Positions 59,317 to 64,000 of a DNA stretch of 64,000 nucleotides are shown piece by piece. A program made the position numbers and the translations under genes. Numbering within the stretch: the stretch's first letter is position 1; each line of letters starts with the position of its first letter. This stretch comes from Candidatus Hydrogenedens sp. (GTDB lineage: Bacteria > Hydrogenedentota > Hydrogenedentia > Hydrogenedentales > Hydrogenedentaceae): NCBI GenBank assembly GCA_049968235.1, contig JBMFRC010000002.1, forward strand, positions 32,001 through 96,000, given 5' to 3'. The notes below the pieces were generated by a model. It was not told where the DNA came from. It did no database searches and saw only the letters and a program-made list of their open reading frames with translations.

Positions 59317-59379
59317 ATGCCTTTCAATTCATATATCCTTTATAATTTCAATATTATCTAAATACAGACCATTTAAACT

Positions 59380-59892
59380 ATGATAAGAACAAAATATTTC
59401 CTTTATTTCTTGATATTAATACTCCTGTTCAGTTCGTGTGCTCGACAAAGGCACAGAGTTACCTTTCAGTCTCCTTTTCAAGGTAGAGAACAGGAAACCT
59501 GGGGTTATCCCCTACCCGAAACATCTTTACAGATTACCTCTCCTTTTGGAGAAATTCGTAAAAAAAGAAACTTATCTTACTGGCATCAAGGAATTGACAT
59601 AAAAGCCAGGAAAGGAACTCCTGTGCTGGCAGTACAAAAAGGTATTGTAACTTTTGCCGGAAAGTCAAAAAACTATGGGTTATTGGTTTGTATAGAACAT
59701 TCAGGACTATGGGAATCCAGATATGCGCATCTCAACACTATTGAAGTGAAAAAAAATAAAAAAGTGAAGAAAGGAGAGGTCATCGGAAGAGTTGGAGAGA
59801 CCGGAAATGCAACGGGTCCCCACCTTCATTTTGAACTAAGGAAAAATGGAGTACCTGTTAATCCTGCTTCCTTGCTTCCAATAAAATACTGA
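59380..59892 (+). CDS. M23 family metallopeptidase (LytM domain) lipoprotein
   Basis: Lipobox LFSSC. HQGIDIKARKGTPV, YAHLNTIEV and GETGNATGPHLHFELR are the M23 His/Asp zinc motifs. Confidence 0.85.
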   Translation: MIRTKYFLYFLILILLFSSCARQRHRVTFQSPFQGREQETWGYPLPETSLQITSPFGEIRKKRNLSYWHQGIDIKARKGTPVLAVQKGIVTFAGKSKNYGLLVCIEHSGLWESRYAHLNTIEVKKNKKVKKGEVIGRVGETGNATGPHLHFELRKNGVPVNPASLLPIKY

Positions 59893-59893
59893 A

Positions 59894-62380
59894 TTATAAA
59901 AAGTCTCCATATAGTTCTTTTGCACATTGCGGACAAATTCCATGGCTAAATTCTGCTTCTGTATGCTGGCGAATATATACCTCCACCTCATGCCAGTAAC
60001 CTGTATCATCACGAATTCTCTTACAGCGTGCACATATCGGTAACAAACCATGAAGTTTTTTGACAGTATTCAATGCCTCCTGTAATTTTTCTACAGTCTC
60101 TTCTAACTCTTTTGTCTTTTGTAAGTTCTTTTTTTCCAATCGGATGCGTTCCAGAGCCTGAGCATACACAGAAGTTATCCACTCAATAGATTCCCAATGC
60201 GACGGGGTATAATTATCCTCTGAATTTACTGCTATGACGAAAACTAATTCATGAGAAGGGGTATAAGAAGGATAACATAATAATCTATTTACAGGAACTT
60301 TCCCAAAAAGTAAATGTTCTTTATCCTGAACATCATTTATAAGCAAAGGTATACCTGCCTCAATAAAACGGCGCAAAATTTTTTCTTTTTTAACCAATTC
60401 CTTCATATTGAAAGAGATTTCAAATTTATTTATTTTCTTTTTGTCTATACCATAAAAGAAATACATAGCCCTGTCAGAGTCAAAATATCCAGTAAAGCAA
60501 AATGCACTATTGAGTATATCTACACCTGTTTGACATACCATTTGCGTTAGTTCTCCTTCGTCTCGCAAATTCAAAAGCGAACGAGCAAACCCTGCATATA
60601 AAGAACTGATAACAACCTCATTTGCTAATTGTTTCTCTAATCTCTTTTTATCTGTAATGTCTATATGTGTTCCGGAAAAACGGATAGGATTCCCTTTTGA
60701 ATCTCTTGCCGAAACTCTTCCATAAGTATGTATCCATTGTTTATACATACCTCTATAGTAAATCTGATATTGGACATTAAAGACGCCGTCTTCTTTTGCA
60801 AGTGCTTCTCCCAATTCTTTTCGAATTAATTCTCTATGCACAGGAACAATACAATTGAACCAATCTTCTAATGTATAAAACTTCTTTGGGCTTATTCGAA
60901 ACATATCTAAAGCAGACTGATTCATTGTATATTCATTCTTCAAAATATCCCATGACCATAAACCGATACTTCCCAATTCTGAAGCAACACGGAGGTTTTC
61001 TTTTACATTTTTTAATTTCTCTTCCGATTCCATAAAAGCGGTTATATCCATTCCAATACCTACAAGTTTTTGGGCATATTTCCCCTGTCGCGAGATACAT
61101 TCCCCAATAGTGCGCACCCAAACCAATCTATCTCCGGGTAAAAGCAACCGATGGTCAACAGCAAAACTATTTGTTGCCCCATGAATACAAGGCTTGACTG
61201 CATGCCAAAAATTTACACGGTCTAAGGGATGTATATATTTCCACCACTCTGTTAATTCATCCGGAACCCTTAAATACGGGAATAAGGTTTGTAAACCAGA
61301 TGATATTATCTTTCGCGTATCTACTTCATATTCCCAAACACCAATATGCCCCGTCTTTAAGGAAATTTGATGAAGATTTAATAATGCCTTTTCTTGCCAG
61401 TATTGTTCCAAATAAGAAATGGTCCCTGTTAAAAAAGGTATTTTCTCTTCCAGATAACGGCAAATCTCTTCTGTATCTTTATTATCATTCCTATCTGCAA
61501 AAAGAAATAGCCATTTCCGCTGTCCCGCAGTATTTAATGGAAGGAAAATTAACGAACGATACCCCAATAAATGACACAGTCCACAATATTCTGTATCTTT
61601 AAAACAATGAACAAGTATCCGTGCTTTTTCCGGTGTTGCATTAAACCGCAAAAAGTCTTTATACCTAAGTTCGGATGGAATATAAATAGCACGACCTTCA
61701 AGAAAATCTTCACATACCCTTGTAATATTTTTATCGGAACAAAGTAATGAACAAAAATCTACTTCTTTATCATTCTTGAACACCTGTATATGATTTTTAC
61801 CTTCCTTCATCAATGCACATACTACTTTAAAATCAAATAGATTACTTAAACCAGATAACAACCGTGACATGCCTTCTTCCAACCGATATACACTATTATT
61901 AATCGTTAAACCTATTATAAATTCATCAAACAACTTATCAAATAAGTTTCGTAAATATCGACGATTTCTTAAAATATGATTCCGAATAATTCTCAAAGAA
62001 CAATTTAAGTGGCGGGTATTTTTTGACCCTAATGGCACACAATACACATTGTCTCTTGCTAATTGAGGCTCTATAATCTCCGGAATTTTAGAACTGACTG
62101 TAAAAAGAATAATGTTGTCATAATTATCTAAAATCCTCTTATAAGAACCCCACTTTGGTATATTTTCTATATAATCAAAAACCATCAATTCATAATTAAT
62201 TTCACCGTTTAATAAACGAGTTAAACTTTGAGTAGTAGCACAGTAATGCATCTTTACTTTCTGATCCCAAAATCTTTCATTTAAAAGAATCTTATCTCTC
62301 TCTTCTTGGGGTTGTCCTACCACTAATATATTCAGACAGGAAAAGGAAGGAAACTTATTTATTTTCTTTTCAGATAACAT
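59894..62380 (-). CDS. Multi-sensor signalling protein: Asp-less receiver-like N-domain, GAF and two PAS domains, coiled coil, and a C-terminal Cys/His-rich putative zinc-binding module
   Basis: The PAS-like segments are GVWEYEVDTRKIISS... and GLWSWDILKNEYTMNQ.... The C-terminus reads LPICARCKRIRDDTGYWHEVEVYIRQHTEAEFSHGICPQCAKELYGD, with the spacing CxxC...H...HGxCPxC. There are no HisKA, GGDEF or EAL motifs. Confidence 0.6.
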   Translation of the reverse strand: MLSEKKINKFPSFSCLNILVVGQPQEERDKILLNERFWDQKVKMHYCATTQSLTRLLNGEINYELMVFDYIENIPKWGSYKRILDNYDNIILFTVSSKIPEIIEPQLARDNVYCVPLGSKNTRHLNCSLRIIRNHILRNRRYLRNLFDKLFDEFIIGLTINNSVYRLEEGMSRLLSGLSNLFDFKVVCALMKEGKNHIQVFKNDKEVDFCSLLCSDKNITRVCEDFLEGRAIYIPSELRYKDFLRFNATPEKARILVHCFKDTEYCGLCHLLGYRSLIFLPLNTAGQRKWLFLFADRNDNKDTEEICRYLEEKIPFLTGTISYLEQYWQEKALLNLHQISLKTGHIGVWEYEVDTRKIISSGLQTLFPYLRVPDELTEWWKYIHPLDRVNFWHAVKPCIHGATNSFAVDHRLLLPGDRLVWVRTIGECISRQGKYAQKLVGIGMDITAFMESEEKLKNVKENLRVASELGSIGLWSWDILKNEYTMNQSALDMFRISPKKFYTLEDWFNCIVPVHRELIRKELGEALAKEDGVFNVQYQIYYRGMYKQWIHTYGRVSARDSKGNPIRFSGTHIDITDKKRLEKQLANEVVISSLYAGFARSLLNLRDEGELTQMVCQTGVDILNSAFCFTGYFDSDRAMYFFYGIDKKKINKFEISFNMKELVKKEKILRRFIEAGIPLLINDVQDKEHLLFGKVPVNRLLCYPSYTPSHELVFVIAVNSEDNYTPSHWESIEWITSVYAQALERIRLEKKNLQKTKELEETVEKLQEALNTVKKLHGLLPICARCKRIRDDTGYWHEVEVYIRQHTEAEFSHGICPQCAKELYGDFL

Positions 62381-62580
62381 TATTTTTTACCCATGTCCGA
62401 ACATACCTGATAATTCCCGAAAATTTCAATTATATATATTATCTACACTTATAGTACAATACAAAATAAAATAAAATCAAAAAAAAATAATAATTATATC
62501 TCGTATTATTATAATAAAAATTAATACAAAACAACCCCTTTAATTATTTTTAAATATTATATTTTTTATTATATCGAAAA

Positions 62581-63660
62581 CTAACTGTATTTTACACCTA
62601 ATAGGTTGCAAAGTATATATCGGTCTAACTCTTCATAATCCCGTTCTGCAATAAATTTTGAAACTAATTTTGCATCCATGGCTCTTACTTTTTCAACTAA
62701 TAACTTAAAAGTAGCTAGACTGTTTCTTAAGTGTTTTGTATTCACTGCTTGTTTTTGAGTTCTCATCGTTTTTACATCAAGACCTATCCATTCCCCATTC
62801 CTACCATAGCCATATTCTTCAAGGACCCGGACCTGATTAAACGCTCTTCGGATATTATAAGAGCCAAAGGATTTATCCTGGTCAAACTTTAACCCCCCCT
62901 GGTCATTTAGATGGACACTTTTCAGTTTATTATGAGCCAGTGCATATGCCATATCATCAGCAGGGTCTAAACCCGCGAGAACAGAATGTGCCGTTTCCAC
63001 GAGACAACAAACACGAGCAGGGTCATCTGTGATATAGGACAAGCCAATGGCATGCCCTATCGTAGGTATAATGGCACTATCTACAGGCTCATTGGGTTTC
63101 GGTTCGATAAGAACGATAACTTCTTTATCATAGGCTAACATTTCATTTATAGCATCACGAATCTGAAGTACCGCCAACCGGACATTCTTGCTCTCGCGAA
63201 TGTAAGTCCCTTCTCTTGCTAACCATAAAACCATATTGTGCGTGCCTAAAATATTCATAATATCTATCGCCTTTTTTGTCCTTTCAATAGCATATTTACG
63301 GCACGCTGGGTCATTACTGGTGTATGCACCATCTATCGTTTTTGGGGAAAACCACAAACGCGGGGCAACAAATTCAGCCACCAGTCCTTCATTATCTAAC
63401 ATTTTCTTTACTTTTTTGGCTTCTTTCTCTATCTCTGCACTTGATTTTTCATCCAAATCAGGGACCGCATCATCATCATGAAATTGCATTCCATCAAATC
63501 CCAATTGTTTTGCTACTTTCATTTTCTTCGCTAACGGTTCCGGTTTACGAACCGTAGGTCCAAAAGGGTCTGCTCCTTCATCAATATTCCACGGACCGAA
63601 AGAAAAACGATACACTGCTTTAGGTTTGTTGCTGTCTGAACTATTTTTCTTTGTAGCCAT
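62581..63660 (-). CDS. xylA: Xylose isomerase, class I (actinobacterial short type)
   Basis: FSFGPWNIDEGADPFG, FHDDDAVP, NDPACRKYAIERT, WLAREG, IEPKPNEP, PTIGHA and HLNDQGGLKFDQDKSFG each align with the Streptomyces XylA blocks FTFGLWTVGWQGRDPFG, FHDDDLIPF, IEPKPNEP, PTVGHA and HIDLNGQNGIKYDQDLRFG. Confidence 0.82.
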   Translation of the reverse strand: MATKKNSSDSNKPKAVYRFSFGPWNIDEGADPFGPTVRKPEPLAKKMKVAKQLGFDGMQFHDDDAVPDLDEKSSAEIEKEAKKVKKMLDNEGLVAEFVAPRLWFSPKTIDGAYTSNDPACRKYAIERTKKAIDIMNILGTHNMVLWLAREGTYIRESKNVRLAVLQIRDAINEMLAYDKEVIVLIEPKPNEPVDSAIIPTIGHAIGLSYITDDPARVCCLVETAHSVLAGLDPADDMAYALAHNKLKSVHLNDQGGLKFDQDKSFGSYNIRRAFNQVRVLEEYGYGRNGEWIGLDVKTMRTQKQAVNTKHLRNSLATFKLLVEKVRAMDAKLVSKFIAERDYEELDRYILCNLLGVKYS

Positions 63661-63744
63661 ATCCTTATCTCCTTATTATATTTTTGTATAATTAAAAGGC
63701 TTATTTTTTGTAGAATATATCTTTTAAATAACAAAAGACAAACG

Positions 63745-64000
63745 ATGATGACACAAGAAGAACCTGATTACAAATCATTATTATCTTCCTTTTCTTTTTT
63801 CCAGTCAGCCTATATACTGGCTCCACATACCTATTACAAAATAGGAGGCCCTGCCGATTTTGCCCTTATCCCCCAAAATGAAACGGAATTAAAACAATCC
63901 TACCAAATACTCCAACAAATCTCACTCCCTTATTTCATTTTAGGTGGAGGAACTAATGTTTTAATTTCAGATAAAGGCTTTCGGGGAGTCGTTCTTATTA
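63745..64000 (+). CDS. murB: UDP-N-acetylenolpyruvoylglucosamine reductase, 5' portion only; continues beyond the window
   Basis: YYKIGGPADFALIPQNETELKQ...ILGGGTNVLISDKGFRGVVLI is the MurB FAD-binding N-terminus (GGPA...LG.GSN.L..D.G..G.VI). Confidence 0.8.
   Translation, partial: MMTQEEPDYKSLLSSFSFFQSAYILAPHTYYKIGGPADFALIPQNETELKQSYQILQQISLPYFILGGGTNVLISDKGFRGVVLI

Noticed and set aside
1-64000. CRISPR arrays, tRNA or rRNA genes, transposases or integrases
   Set aside because: I scanned intergenic regions for regularly spaced direct repeats, for tRNA T-loop signatures (GGTTCGA-type) and for transposase or integrase motifs, and found none. The only direct repeats are two-copy and short (4061..4091, 9070..9090).

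Overview
This is a low-GC (about 37-40% by eye), gene-dense bacterial chromosomal window. I found no rRNA or tRNA genes, no CRISPR array and no transposase or integrase. Lineage hints point to a PVC-superphylum-like or candidate-phylum bacterium: a DUF1559 H-X9-DG prepilin-type protein, several sulfatase-fold secreted proteins, and three PAS-rich hybrid histidine kinases. Content, 5' to 3':
- A truncated response-regulator 3' end, then panE and two adjacent hybrid sensor kinases (- strand).
- ruvA-ruvB (- strand).
- A long co-directional + strand string: DUF1559 pseudopilin-like gene, a znuABC-like metal ABC transporter, a methyltransferase, an SDR, a HAD hydrolase, pdxB translationally coupled to a LarA-family gene, a PFK-family gene, gnd, a ZIP transporter and a D-2-hydroxyacid dehydrogenase.
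- corA, a Ser/Thr kinase divergent from pcm, then lepA followed by two signal peptidase I genes.
- An M32 carboxypeptidase, a TPR lipoprotein and rnhB operon (- strand), then a GC-elevated small secreted-protein gene with its own operator-like palindrome and terminator.
- An accessory-looking envelope and glycan block: a Tat-dependent Cys-type sulfatase with a disrupted 3' end; two tandem paralogous large secreted sulfatase-fold proteins lacking the FGly motif; a membrane protein; a third hybrid kinase; a discoidin-domain protein; a PHP phosphoesterase; a D-aminoacylase; and a 1267-aa secreted giant with EG-rich linkers and dockerin-like C-terminal repeats.
- An EF-P family gene with an atypical loop, a GH78-like rhamnosidase fused to an L,D-transpeptidase domain, an M23 peptidase, a multi-sensor protein ending in a Cys-rich module, class I xylA and the murB 5' end.
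All product calls rest on motifs read directly from the supplied translations; no database search was possible.
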